Both the position numbers and the translations under genes were made by a program. Below, in pieces: positions 47,916 to 57,670 of a DNA stretch of 64,000 bases. Below the pieces are notes generated by a model, which worked only from the letters and a program-made list of their open reading frames with translations, made no database searches and was not told the DNA's origin. Origin of the DNA: Verrucomicrobiota bacterium (GTDB taxonomy: Bacteria; Verrucomicrobiota; Verrucomicrobiia; Opitutales; Cerasicoccaceae); contig JBCBUK010000001.1 in the NCBI GenBank assembly GCA_039818205.1, forward strand, positions 1-64,000, written 5' to 3'. Within the stretch, counting starts at the first letter, position 1. Each line of letters starts with the position of its first letter.

Positions 47916-49143
47916 AGCGTAGCCCCAAGAGCACTCGGTTCCTGTAGTAAGACCGATTGAATAGGTTGGAGCTTTTGTGACTGAAATCATAGTCTAGACT
48001 GGCGGTAAACTTACTAGAGAGTTGGTAATCTACACCGATTCCGAAGCCATATCGACCATAATCTTCTGGTAGAAGTCCCCCTGAATCGGCACCGAGCTCA
48101 TAATAAGCCCGTCCCCGAGGTGTTAATCGGCTATTCATCCGCCAATTAAAGCCATAGGCTACGGAAAAAAGTGAGGTTACGTTAGAAAGATACCCATAAT
48201 TAAAGCTGTGACCAGCGGTTAGGGAATGTTCAAAATTGCCTGAAGCCCGGTGGTTAACGGTGAACGAGCCAACGATACCTGCCGGATTTGTGTCGTCTTG
48301 GTTTAGTGCTCCTTCTTGAAAAATGTAATCCTGATAGGCGATATTTCCCGCGAAGCTCAGGTTCTCCGTCGCCTGCCAAATCGCCATTGGGCCTATAGAC
48401 CAGCTCCAGCTGTCATTGTTCACGTCGTCATTGTAAAAATTCCAGGCCATCGTTCCGGTAACCCCTAGCGTCAAATTCGGCGCAACCAGAAAACGAGGAC
48501 CACCCTCCAATAGATAAGCATGCCGTTGGGTGTAATCGAAAGCCGAAGATGTGGGGATAATATCTAGCCGACTAAGGCCTGCATAAAAAATGATATCGTT
48601 TAGGTCCCAATCCAAATCGACCCCCACCTGATTGACGAAACGGCCATAATCGAGCGGATTGTTGCTGACGACCCCACCTTGAATCGCAAACGCGTCCGTT
48701 GCATCAACCGAATAGGAGAGTCGCTCGTAAAACTCCATCGTCACGTCGTCAATAAAGACCGTGAATGAGAGCTCAGTATCTGGACTGATGTTGAGGAAAT
48801 TATTGATCGAATCGAGCTCTGGCGTACGCAGGTACTTGTTGTAGCCGATACCAACACTAACGCTTAGCGTATTGAGCTCGGAGAATTGATACCGACCCGC
48901 AAGCACGACTCCCGGCCGCAAAATGATGTCCCATCGCGGGTTAAACTCGGCGTAGTTAATATTGTCATCGTAAATGATGTCAAAAGTCGCAGCTAAATCA
49001 AAACGGAAGCCGCCGACCTTGAAATTTTCGCCTTGGCCCTGCGCTGAACTCCCAAGCGACATTACCAGCATTAACAGACCGACCCCAACGCATCGGAGGC
49101 GAAAGTCCTTAGAAGATCGAAAAATGTAGCCTAAAAAACCCAC
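47905..49143 (-). CDS. Outer-membrane beta-barrel of EPS locus
   Basis: Signal peptide, YDDNI, amphipathic strands, C-terminal YDF. Confidence 0.85.
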   Translation of the reverse strand: MGFLGYIFRSSKDFRLRCVGVGLLMLVMSLGSSAQGQGENFKVGGFRFDLAATFDIIYDDNINYAEFNPRWDIILRPGVVLAGRYQFSELNTLSVSVGIGYNKYLRTPELDSINNFLNISPDTELSFTVFIDDVTMEFYERLSYSVDATDAFAIQGGVVSNNPLDYGRFVNQVGVDLDWDLNDIIFYAGLSRLDIIPTSSAFDYTQRHAYLLEGGPRFLVAPNLTLGVTGTMAWNFYNDDVNNDSWSWSIGPMAIWQATENLSFAGNIAYQDYIFQEGALNQDDTNPAGIVGSFTVNHRASGNFEHSLTAGHSFNYGYLSNVTSLFSVAYGFNWRMNSRLTPRGRAYYELGADSGGLLPEDYGRYGFGIGVDYQLSSKFTASLDYDFSHKSSNLFNRSYYRNRVLLGLRYDF

Positions 49144-49321
49144 GGAAATTTATTGATTATAAAGAATCGTTAAGCATTAGTTCCAAAGATGCAAATTTTT
49201 CTTAATGCATCCCCTTCCAACACCGTTCTAGTAATGGTATACTTTTGAGATTCCTTTACGGCGTTTTTCACTATAGGTTTAGCGAGAATTAGCATAGCTT
49301 TCTTAAACGACTGCGACAAAT

Positions 49322-50788
49322 ATGTATTTCCACCAAACGATCAAGTTAACTCTTTGCGGCTTCCTGTTGAGTTTCACAACAGTAACCCTGTCCGCGAATA
49401 CGGATGCGACTTCACCCAATCCTGATAGTGAGGAGGCCATCAGTTTATTGGAAGTGCCGGAGCTTACTCAGGAGGAACTTTTAGACAAGCAAAAGAACCT
49501 CGCACGTTGGCATATGAATGCCGTCATGTATGACGCTTCCGCAGACTTCCTGAATCCAATTACCTGGGAGGAGACTGACAGCACCGAAAGTCTCGGGGCG
49601 CTGATGACCGACGACCCGACCGCTGCTTTCTCCGCTCCAGTAGGAATTTCTCGATTCGTCATCGATCTGAGTGATTTCTACATTATCGATCGGTTCAACT
49701 TCAAAAATTTTACGGCAGTTGGCTCAGTTCAACTCTTCTATTCGGATTCATTGAATACGCCAGATGCCAAGAGCTGGGTGGCAGTCGACGACCCGCAAAG
49801 CTTTGATAGTGAAGCCGTCCTTAGCCCAACGTTTACGCCGTTTGAGAGTCGTTACCTGATGGTCTTGTTAGACATCACACAGCCCGGGGACATCGGAAAC
49901 ATGGGCGCATTTGGCAATCTTTCACTCGCGGAGGTCAAGCTAGGAGCCAACAAGCGCGACGAAGATATCGCAGTGGACACCTCGGCCAAAACCAACGCGA
50001 AGCCAGTAAAGTTTAATTACGCATCCGCCGGAGCCGACTCCCGCGTGACCTACGTTAGCTCGGGCGTTGCGGGAGAGGCCAATTCCATGATCGATGACGA
50101 TGTCGAGTCGTTCTACGATTTCGAGGGCGGTGACGAGGAAAGCATCGTGATTGTCGACTTGGGCGAACAGCGCGAGGTCAATCGCGTTTCGATGCTATTC
50201 GATTCTCCTCCTGGCGAGTTCGATTTCTTTATCGTCAACAAACTCCCTGACGACGTTCAAAAGGCAATTGATGATGCCGAGACAGGCTCCAATGCCACTA
50301 ACAGCAATGGGAGCCTATCGAAGCCGGCAGACGACGATATGGCCATGATTTACAACAATGGTCGCCTCGAGCCTCTTCTTCTGGCCCAGAACGGCGGTGG
50401 GGACGCAATTGGTTCCATCGTTAGCTTTACCGCCGACGCCATTTTCAACACCGTGCAATTGCCGGCTGGTTTCTTTTCCAGCCTGACGCCTACGGTTCAA
50501 GAAGCGGTCACCGGATCCGACGAACGTTTTCGCCTGGACTTCTCTAATTTGAGCGGACGCTTTCTCATCGTTCGCTTCACACCGTCGCCTGGAAGCCCGG
50601 GTGGCTTGCGGGTCTATGAAATCAGCCTAATGGGAGACGTGTCTGCCGACGACGAACACTGGACTCGGTTGCCTATCTTTCAGTTGATTGGAGGCGGTTC
50701 GCCTCTTGGTGATGCGCCAACTAAGGCACTGTCAACGAGCGCACCTCCGCCAAATGTTCGCCCGCTGCCCCCACCTCTCAGCCCATAG
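49322..50788 (+). CDS. Secreted acidic protein with two discoidin-like repeats
   Basis: Signal peptide; LMTDD..VIDL..SRYL and MIDDD..IVDL..GRFL; Pro-rich tail. Confidence 0.65.
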   Translation: MYFHQTIKLTLCGFLLSFTTVTLSANTDATSPNPDSEEAISLLEVPELTQEELLDKQKNLARWHMNAVMYDASADFLNPITWEETDSTESLGALMTDDPTAAFSAPVGISRFVIDLSDFYIIDRFNFKNFTAVGSVQLFYSDSLNTPDAKSWVAVDDPQSFDSEAVLSPTFTPFESRYLMVLLDITQPGDIGNMGAFGNLSLAEVKLGANKRDEDIAVDTSAKTNAKPVKFNYASAGADSRVTYVSSGVAGEANSMIDDDVESFYDFEGGDEESIVIVDLGEQREVNRVSMLFDSPPGEFDFFIVNKLPDDVQKAIDDAETGSNATNSNGSLSKPADDDMAMIYNNGRLEPLLLAQNGGGDAIGSIVSFTADAIFNTVQLPAGFFSSLTPTVQEAVTGSDERFRLDFSNLSGRFLIVRFTPSPGSPGGLRVYEISLMGDVSADDEHWTRLPIFQLIGGGSPLGDAPTKALSTSAPPPNVRPLPPPLSP

Positions 50789-50817
50789 AGAGGCGCAGAT
50801 TTAGTGCGATTTTCAGG

Positions 50818-52320
50818 TCACTTACTGAACTCCGCGTACTTCTTTACGGTTCGACGATCGATCTCCAAACGCCGACCAAGCTCTTCGTAGTTCGGCGTCT
50901 TCTCGTACTGCAAGCTGACATAGCGGGCCATGAGTTCATTCGCCGTCAACTTACCCATCTGGATTTCTAATGCCAGTGCGCTGGCTGGGCTACTCTGATC
51001 AGGATTACCAAGCGGTTGCGGCAGATACTCGCCGTGAACCAGAATATTTCGCACGCATTGCTCGAGCTCTCGAAAGTTACCCGGCCAGGGATAGTCCACC
51101 GACAAGTCTCGGGCGATGACCTCCATTACCTCCCCGGTGAAGGTAGGCGCTTCGTCGGCACCGACAAACTTACGTGCGATGTGGGAAACCAAATTTTCGA
51201 GCTCTTCGGGTGATTCCCGCAGAATCTCGCGCAAGGATGGTGTCCGAACATGGTCTGCATTCAGTCGAAAATAAAAGTCCTCTCGGAACCGCCCGGCTTC
51301 AATTTCAGCCAGCAGGTCACGATTCGTCGCGGCCATGATTTTCCCGCGAAACGAATGCATCTCGGTGTCTCCGATCGGGGCAAACGTGCGGGTTTGCAAT
51401 AGGCGCAACAGCTTTACTTGGATGCTTGGTTCGGTCTCGCCGATCTCGTCGAGAAAGACGGTTCCATGGTCACCACAAACTGAAAGATAGCCCGCGCGAT
51501 CGTGGAGAGCGCCCGTAAATGCGCCCTTCTTGTGACCAAAAAGTTCGGATTCGATCAAACTGGATGACAAAGCCGAGAGATTGATCGGATAGAAGGCTTT
51601 AACAAAGTCCTCCTCAAACTCACGAGTATTGGGGTTGAACGGAATAAACCGGCTCAAGCCAATTGCTCGGGCAACGAGTTCCTTACCCGTTCCGGAGGGC
51701 CCGGTAATTAAGGTGATGATGTCCCCCATCCGATCTGCCAGCACGCGCTGATACCGGTCCATATTGTGGGTAAAAATCGACTGCCAGATTCGGGCCCTCA
51801 GTTTGGTAGCCGCCGGCGAACCTCCAATTATGTATTGATAGATATGCTGGAAGGCGCGCCGAACCTGGAAAAACACACCGAAGAGGCGCGTTTCCTCCAT
51901 GGCTTCATATTCGCCCACAAACCCCATTGGCAGCCAATAGCGCACTTCTTGGCAAAAACGGTCATAGAATGGGATTCGCTGCGCGGCGCTTCCCCGAGCA
52001 TGCCCCGCCTCAATAACTTTGTCGAAGTCGCGACGGAACTGGTGAAAGACATGGAAGAAGACGAGCTCTTGATAAAGAAAGGCGTCCCGCTGATTGGCTT
52101 CCTTGCCAGGATCCCAACGTTCACGGGCAGCATCGATCGTTTTTTCCAGGAGGGCCAATATCGCGGCTAAATCTGACTTTTCCTCACCGCGACCACCCTG
52201 TGATTCAAGAATTTCTCGCTCAAGTTCGTAGCGAGCCGTGTCGAAGGGGTTCATCCAGACTAACCGGGCTAAACGTTGGGCCAATGGCCGTTCTGCAGGA
52301 TTAAAAAGGCGAATACCCAT
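50818..52320 (-). CDS. Sigma54-dependent transcriptional activator (no receiver domain)
   Basis: GPSGTGKE, ESELFGHKKGAFTGA, FLDEIG, WPGNFRELE, C-terminal HTH; ATG 52320 likely start. Confidence 0.95.
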   Translation of the reverse strand: MGIRLFNPAERPLAQRLARLVWMNPFDTARYELEREILESQGGRGEEKSDLAAILALLEKTIDAARERWDPGKEANQRDAFLYQELVFFHVFHQFRRDFDKVIEAGHARGSAAQRIPFYDRFCQEVRYWLPMGFVGEYEAMEETRLFGVFFQVRRAFQHIYQYIIGGSPAATKLRARIWQSIFTHNMDRYQRVLADRMGDIITLITGPSGTGKELVARAIGLSRFIPFNPNTREFEEDFVKAFYPINLSALSSSLIESELFGHKKGAFTGALHDRAGYLSVCGDHGTVFLDEIGETEPSIQVKLLRLLQTRTFAPIGDTEMHSFRGKIMAATNRDLLAEIEAGRFREDFYFRLNADHVRTPSLREILRESPEELENLVSHIARKFVGADEAPTFTGEVMEVIARDLSVDYPWPGNFRELEQCVRNILVHGEYLPQPLGNPDQSSPASALALEIQMGKLTANELMARYVSLQYEKTPNYEELGRRLEIDRRTVKKYAEFSK

Positions 52321-52336
52321 GTGCAATTTATGCACA
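52320..52336. promoter_or_regulatory. Candidate enhancer (UAS) palindrome TGTGCA-N5-TGCACA
   Basis: Perfect 6-bp inverted repeat about 140 bp upstream of the predicted sigma54 start. Confidence 0.5.
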
Positions 52337-52443
52337 GGCCTGACATCAAACGTCAACCGCAAAGCTCGATATCAACACTTCGAAGAATTCTAAATTTTCT
52401 TTAATCTCTACATAGCATATACTTACATATTTTCTATCAAAAT

Positions 52444-52459
52444 TGGCACGCAGCGAGCA
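52444..52459 (+). promoter_or_regulatory. Sigma54 -24/-12 promoter
   Basis: TGGCACGCAGCGAGCA, exact GG-N10-GC spacing, divergent from the activator. Confidence 0.75.
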
Positions 52460-52471
52460 TTAATGTCCGAC

Positions 52472-52597
52472 ATGAAACACACTCAACCAAGAAAAGAACC
52501 TCCAACTCGCTTCTGCGATGCGCCCGGCGCCCTCACTTTCCTCGCGTTCGCCTTCTTCGCGACCGTCACCGCAATGCTCAAATACAGCATCGTTTAA
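52472..52597 (+). CDS. 41-aa single-TM microprotein (a)
   Basis: MKHTQPRKEPPTRFCDAPGALTFLAFAFFATVTAMLKYSIV. Confidence 0.6.
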   Translation: MKHTQPRKEPPTRFCDAPGALTFLAFAFFATVTAMLKYSIV

Positions 52598-52616
52598 TCC
52601 AAAAGTTCGCCAACCC

Positions 52617-52808
52617 ATGACTCATACCAACCAAGCACCCTTTTTGCCTCGGATGAATACAAAGCCCAGCCTGTCGTTAAATTCCGAGAAACGCGGCTTC
52701 AAGCGCGCACTCGTTGGCCTGGCTCTACTAACCCTGGCAATCGCACCGATCGCCTACCTCGGCGCAAGATTCTTTAAACACTACGCAACCCTTAGCAACT
52801 GGAACTAA
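52617..52808 (+). CDS. 63-aa single-TM microprotein (b)
   Basis: MTHTNQ...KRGFKRALVGLALLTLAIAPIAYLGARFFKHYATLSNWN. Confidence 0.65.
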   Translation: MTHTNQAPFLPRMNTKPSLSLNSEKRGFKRALVGLALLTLAIAPIAYLGARFFKHYATLSNWN

Positions 52809-52812
52809 ACCC

Positions 52813-52992
52813 ATGCGAAAGACAGAAAACTCACCCGCAAAACGACCTGCAACCATGAAAGCCAAGCAAGCATCGGCCGTCATCGCTGAACCATCGCCGC
52901 TGGAGCAGTTGCTCTACTGCTCGATCATCTTGGTCGCCGCGACTCCGTTTGCGATCATCGGTCTGGGACGACTCATCAACGCCTGGTTCTAA
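52813..52992 (+). CDS. 59-aa single-TM microprotein (c)
   Basis: MRKTENSPAKRP...LLYCSIILVAATPFAIIGLGRLINAWF. Confidence 0.65.
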   Translation: MRKTENSPAKRPATMKAKQASAVIAEPSPLEQLLYCSIILVAATPFAIIGLGRLINAWF

Positions 52993-53014
52993 CCGCATCC
53001 AACATAGTCCCGAT

Positions 53015-53191
53015 ATGAACAACTCAATACCCTCCGACGACTCAGGTTCCAAAAAAGGATTTTCGATCTATCGGCACATCATACGCCCGGCACTCCTTAC
53101 AACGGCTGCGCTAGCCGTAGGATGCGCCGCTTTTATCGGATTATTTGTTCTTGGAATCGTAACCGGCCCAATCGAGCTTTGGCCCATGTAA
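53015..53191 (+). CDS. 58-aa TM microprotein (d)
   Basis: MNNSIP...RPALLTTAALAVGCAAFIGLFVLGIVTGPIELWPM. Confidence 0.65.
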   Translation: MNNSIPSDDSGSKKGFSIYRHIIRPALLTTAALAVGCAAFIGLFVLGIVTGPIELWPM

Positions 53192-53232
53192 CAATTCCTC
53201 TCCGCACACCAACCAATCAATTTCCAAATCTC

Positions 53233-53328
53233 ATGAAAATCATTCTCACCCTTCTAGCCGCCATTCCAACGGCCCTTTCGACTTACGTCTTCTTGGCGAT
53301 CAGTGGCATTGTCAACTGGCCTGGATAA
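53233..53328 (+). CDS. 31-aa single-TM microprotein (e)
   Basis: MKIILTLLAAIPTALSTYVFLAISGIVNWPG. Confidence 0.6.
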   Translation: MKIILTLLAAIPTALSTYVFLAISGIVNWPG

Positions 53329-53333
53329 ACAAC

Positions 53334-53363
53334 AAAGCCCACCCCAAAAGAGGAGTGAGCTTT
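53334..53363 (-). terminator. Intrinsic terminator between convergent units
   Basis: AAAGCTCACTCC...GGGGTGGGCTTT stem on minus strand. Confidence 0.6.
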
Positions 53364-53383
53364 GCAGCAAAAAGTAAAGGCGG

Positions 53384-54286
53384 CTAGGCGATGCAGCCAG
53401 CAACTTGCTCCAACTCAGTGATGATCAAATCAGGCTTCACGTCCTTGCAATCAGCATCGTCTTCGCGCAAACGCAATGAGCGCTTGTCGCCCGCGAATAG
53501 TGCGGTTTTGAAGCCGAGTTCCTGCGCTGGCCAGACATCGTTGCGGATATCGTTGCCAATGAAAAGCGTCTCTTCCGGAGTGATGCCGTCGAGGGCCTGC
53601 ATGCGCTCCATTGCTACCTTATAGATATCGTGTCCCGGCTTGGCGGTGGCATGCTCGTAGGAGTAAACGCAGAGCACTTCCTCAATACCCAGGTCGTGCG
53701 GACCGTCTTCGAAGAACGCTTCGAAAAGCAACGGTGTAAAGGCCTGAGCATTCGAGATCAGCCCAATACTCTTCCCCTTATCGAGGCAGCTTTCAAAGGC
53801 ATCGAGCACGCCGGGCATCGGATAAACGGGGTTCACACGAGCCTCGAATAATGAAGCAAGCTGCATCAAGTTGTTGCGTGTCGTGCGGCCACGAACGAGC
53901 TCATAAGCTTCTAGCTGGCCGATGAGGTCTTCCCACACGCCGATGATGTCGACCTCGGGAAAATTCGTTCCGTTGTCGCGGCGAATATCTTGCTCAGCCT
54001 TGATGGTGTCCAGGAAGAGCTCATTGATTGGCGTTTTTTCATCCAGGAGCATAAAGCCGACCTCTTCCATCGACTGGCGGATCAGCTTTTCGCGCTCCTT
54101 ACTCTTGTCATTAGTGACCAGGGAAATATCGCCCACTCCGCTTTGAAACAACGTTCCATAGATGTCGAATAAAACGCAGCGAATGCCTTTGAGAGGACTG
54201 ATCTTCGGCTCCACACCAGTGGGCACCGGAGCCATCTCAGGTGAATTGTGTCTAATAATATCAACGGGTTTCAGCTTATAAGCCAT
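53384..54286 (-). CDS. HAD superfamily hydrolase
   Basis: FDIYGTL, ISN, KP, IGNDIRND; start approximate. Confidence 0.88.
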   Translation of the reverse strand: MAYKLKPVDIIRHNSPEMAPVPTGVEPKISPLKGIRCVLFDIYGTLFQSGVGDISLVTNDKSKEREKLIRQSMEEVGFMLLDEKTPINELFLDTIKAEQDIRRDNGTNFPEVDIIGVWEDLIGQLEAYELVRGRTTRNNLMQLASLFEARVNPVYPMPGVLDAFESCLDKGKSIGLISNAQAFTPLLFEAFFEDGPHDLGIEEVLCVYSYEHATAKPGHDIYKVAMERMQALDGITPEETLFIGNDIRNDVWPAQELGFKTALFAGDKRSLRLREDDADCKDVKPDLIITELEQVAGCIA

Positions 54287-54371
54287 GGGAGGATATAAAT
54301 ACTGCCCATCCGCTTTCGGCAACGTGAATCTGAGATTAAATCTCGGCAAATAACATGGGGCGGGCCCAGGG

Positions 54372-55559
54372 CTAAACGCCCAACTTAGCCATCGCCGCCT
54401 TCATCTCTTTTGCCGCCAGCGCATAACCACCATCGGCTCCATCAACAAAGTGCATATGCTCATGCTCGTAGGAATCGATCACACAAGTCATAATCGCCGA
54501 ATCCGCCACATGATGGCCCCAGACAAGCTCTTCGGCGGTGAACTGCTCTTTCACTGCAGCCAATAGTTTCCCACGCTGCTCCGCACTACCCGATAGGACA
54601 AAGCGCAAACAATCGTCAATTTTGCGATAGTCAGCGTTGCGGATAAGATCCTCTTTATAATGGCTCCAGTCTGCTCCTGCAAAGGTCATTCCGCGCTTCA
54701 TGATGACCTTACCCACAACAATCTGGAGCCGCAAATAAAGGCCATAAACCCACCGGCTCAAGGCGCCCTCACCAAAGGTTCGAACGCGATGCTCAACGCT
54801 TAGCTTGTCTCCGCCATTGGCCAAATTCATGCCATTGAGATGCAAGGGGTGCGCTGCAAGCTCGTCCCCATAACTCGCCTCAATCAGGGCTACCAGGCGT
54901 TGAAAAATATGGGCTCGTTCCTCCTCGCTACCAAAGGCACGGAAGATGTAGGCGACTGTTTCCCCATGGCGGCTCGGAATATTTTCCCAGCGACACTCCA
55001 ATCCTTGAAAATCTGCCTGCGACGGTCCGTCTTCTGAAACCTGATAGCGGTCACCCAAGGAATCATCTTTAACCAGATCCTCCGCCTCTTCGAGACCACC
55101 ACCGAGAAACAGGGTTTGAGTGACCCACTCGGAGAGTCGCAGTCGAGCAACCCGCACTTCGCGTCCTTTCTCGATGATATCCCGATGAGGCACGATTCCG
55201 ATGCGTAATTCCAAGTCGAAATCATCCGTTGCCATCTGTCGGGTTGCCCGGAGGATATTTTCAACTTCCTCTTTCCGTTCTGGAGGGATGCAAAAAGTCG
55301 CGCCATCGCCACCAAAGACGAACGGTATTTCCTCAGGTTTGTTGAGGTTTCGGATCGCGGCGATCGCCGCCACACCCACGCCGTTGACTTCCTTATAGCG
55401 GCCCCGTCGAAGATTTTCGGTTGAGCCCCGAACATCGGTCAGCGCTACGAGCCAGTCATCAGGCAAACGATGATAAGCCGATGGGTCCAGAGCATCGCGG
55501 ATACTGTCCACCGTCGGCAGACCTTCAACGAAACTCACCGTAGGGTTGGTTGGACTCAC
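54372..55559 (-). CDS. DUF3095 family protein
   Basis: DVRGST..GRYKEVN, PFVFGGDGA, GLECRW, HFVDGADGGY. Confidence 0.85.
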   Translation of the reverse strand: MSPTNPTVSFVEGLPTVDSIRDALDPSAYHRLPDDWLVALTDVRGSTENLRRGRYKEVNGVGVAAIAAIRNLNKPEEIPFVFGGDGATFCIPPERKEEVENILRATRQMATDDFDLELRIGIVPHRDIIEKGREVRVARLRLSEWVTQTLFLGGGLEEAEDLVKDDSLGDRYQVSEDGPSQADFQGLECRWENIPSRHGETVAYIFRAFGSEEERAHIFQRLVALIEASYGDELAAHPLHLNGMNLANGGDKLSVEHRVRTFGEGALSRWVYGLYLRLQIVVGKVIMKRGMTFAGADWSHYKEDLIRNADYRKIDDCLRFVLSGSAEQRGKLLAAVKEQFTAEELVWGHHVADSAIMTCVIDSYEHEHMHFVDGADGGYALAAKEMKAAMAKLGV

Positions 55560-55608
55560 GCCGAAGACGGTGCACAGTTAACAGCCAATAGCGAGCAAGA
55601 ACGCATGC

Positions 55609-56109
55609 TCAACCGACACGCACCATTCCGTTTAGTTCAAGGTATTCCGCCAAGCGAGACGCATTCAAATCATCAAGGACAATCTGTCTACAGATCCGCT
55701 TTTCAAGTCTCAATTCAACCACTCGGTAGTTGTCGATTGCCTCGACCGCGGTGTTCGAGAAAACCCACTTTCTAAAGTCTTTCGACGATATCCAGAATCC
55801 GTCATTGAAAGAAATCTTTTTCGATCCGAGTGTCCATTTATTCGCAATGTATCTCTGCACACAAACATGGACCCACAATATGCCAACCACCAAGACTATC
55901 GGAGCAAAAATACCAGCCAGGATCGTTTTGTTGTCCAAGCCAACCCACCAATGGAGCAAAGCTATCGTAAAGCAGCAGGCTGAGAATCCAATAAGCGACA
56001 CTTTGACCGTAATTCCTTTCAGGTAGTTTTTTGCCTCGCGAAACCGGAGCTTCCTGATTCGCAAATCCTCGACAACAATTGGAGCATCTCCCTTCACAGA
56101 TGTTTTCAT
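55609..56109 (-). CDS. Hypothetical two-TM protein
   Basis: AT-richer ORF with two hydrophobic helices; start uncertain. Confidence 0.55.
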   Translation of the reverse strand: MKTSVKGDAPIVVEDLRIRKLRFREAKNYLKGITVKVSLIGFSACCFTIALLHWWVGLDNKTILAGIFAPIVLVVGILWVHVCVQRYIANKWTLGSKKISFNDGFWISSKDFRKWVFSNTAVEAIDNYRVVELRLEKRICRQIVLDDLNASRLAEYLELNGMVRVG

Positions 56110-56134
56110 ATCACGGCACAATTTTATTGCCAAT

Positions 56135-56165
56135 AAAAAACGGCCGCCGAATTGGCGACCGTTTT
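56135..56165 (-). terminator. Intrinsic terminator of metK-ahcY
   Basis: AAAACGGTCGCC-AATTC-GGCGGCCGTTTTTT. Confidence 0.8.
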
Positions 56166-56188
56166 GAAAAATAATCTAACCGCAACTC

Positions 56189-57628
56189 TTAGTAGCGATA
56201 GTGGTCAGGCTTGTAGGGGCCTTCAACGCCAACGCCAATGTAAGAGGCTTGCTCTGAGCTGAGCTTAGTCAGCTTACAGCCAATCTTTTCAAGGTGTAGG
56301 CGTGCAACCTCTTCGTCGAGCTGCTTTGGCAAGATGTAAACACCAGGTGTGTATTGCTCCACCTTCTTCCAGAGCTCGATTTGCGCGAGCACCTGGTTGG
56401 TGAAACTGTTGGACATCACGAATGATGGGTGACCAGTTGCACAACCAAGGTTCACGAGGCGACCCTTCGCGAGCAGATAGATACTGTTGCCATCAGGGAA
56501 GGTGTATTTATCAACCGCGCCCATGTCCTCGGGCTTGATTTCCTCGTGATCCACACCCGGCATGTCGTCGAGCTTATCAACTTCGATTTCATTGTCGAAG
56601 TGGCCGATGTTACAGACGATTGCTTGGTCCTTCATCTTCGCCATTTGATCGGCGGTAATGATGCCGTAGTTACCGGTGGTGGTAACGTAGATGTCGCCCC
56701 AGCCGAGGGTGTCTTCAACGGTCAAAACGCGGAAACCTTCCATCGCAGCTTGGAGTGCGCAGATCGGGTCAACCTCAGTCACAACGACTTGGGCTCCTTG
56801 ACCACGCATGGCCTGGGCACAGCCCTTACCAACATCACCATAACCACAAATAACAGCAACCTTACCGGAGATCATCACATCGGTAGCGCGCTTGATACCG
56901 TCAACGAGGGACTCGCGGCAACCGTAGAGGTTGTCAAACTTGCTCTTGGTAACAGAGTCGTTGACGTTGATCGCTGGAACCAAGAGACCACCGTTCTTGT
57001 GGCGCTCGTACAGGCGGTGAACACCAGTAGTGGTTTCTTCAGAAACGCCCTTCCACTCCTTAACCACGTCGTGCCAGTGGTTTGGCTTGTCGGCGTTAAT
57101 CTTCTTGAGCAGGTTCTTGATAACTTGCTCTTCAGTGCTGCTGGAATCGGTGTTTACCCAGTCTTCGCCATTCTCAAGTTCGTAGCCCTTGTGGATAAGA
57201 AGCGTCGCATCACCACCGTCATCAACGATGAGTTGAGGGCCGGAGCCGTCGGGCCAGGTCAACGCCTGCTCGGTGCACCACCAGTATTCATCCAAAGTCT
57301 CACCCTTCCAGGCAAAAACCGGCACACCCAAATTCTTCGCAACGTAGGCCGCGGCGTGGTCCTGGGTCGAGAAGATGTTACAGGAGCACCAGCGAACGTC
57401 TGCGCCGAGTTCCTTCAAGGTCTCGATCAGAACGGCCGTCTGAATGGTCATGTGCAAAGAACCCATGATGCGAACACCCTTAAGTGGCTGCTCACCCGCA
57501 TACTTTTCGCGAGTGGCCATCAGGCCGGGCATTTCATGCTGGGCAATCTCAACCTCTTTGCGTCCAAAGTCCGCAAGGGTGATGTCCTTAACTTTATAGT
57601 CAGTGCTTGTTTCGGTAATTGTGCTCAT
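56189..57628 (-). CDS. ahcY: Adenosylhomocysteinase
   Basis: [39 protein letters not shown]. Confidence 0.99.
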   Translation of the reverse strand: MSTITETSTDYKVKDITLADFGRKEVEIAQHEMPGLMATREKYAGEQPLKGVRIMGSLHMTIQTAVLIETLKELGADVRWCSCNIFSTQDHAAAYVAKNLGVPVFAWKGETLDEYWWCTEQALTWPDGSGPQLIVDDGGDATLLIHKGYELENGEDWVNTDSSSTEEQVIKNLLKKINADKPNHWHDVVKEWKGVSEETTTGVHRLYERHKNGGLLVPAINVNDSVTKSKFDNLYGCRESLVDGIKRATDVMISGKVAVICGYGDVGKGCAQAMRGQGAQVVVTEVDPICALQAAMEGFRVLTVEDTLGWGDIYVTTTGNYGIITADQMAKMKDQAIVCNIGHFDNEIEVDKLDDMPGVDHEEIKPEDMGAVDKYTFPDGNSIYLLAKGRLVNLGCATGHPSFVMSNSFTNQVLAQIELWKKVEQYTPGVYILPKQLDEEVARLHLEKIGCKLTKLSSEQASYIGVGVEGPYKPDHYRY

Positions 57629-57670
57629 TATTTGATCCCGTTTCGGGTCTAAATGTGAATTCAGTTTGGA

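Noticed and set aside
52518..53328. Longer track ORFs 52518..52808, 52949..53191, 53122..53328
   Set aside because: Their upstream starts overlap neighbouring microprotein ORFs; internal ATGs give a non-overlapping tandem array
56429..57652. 407-aa + strand ORF (likewise 31980..32753, 46377..47321, 25332..26009, 58046..58708, 10214..10927)
   Set aside because: Antisense shadows of well-supported genes; no recognisable motifs
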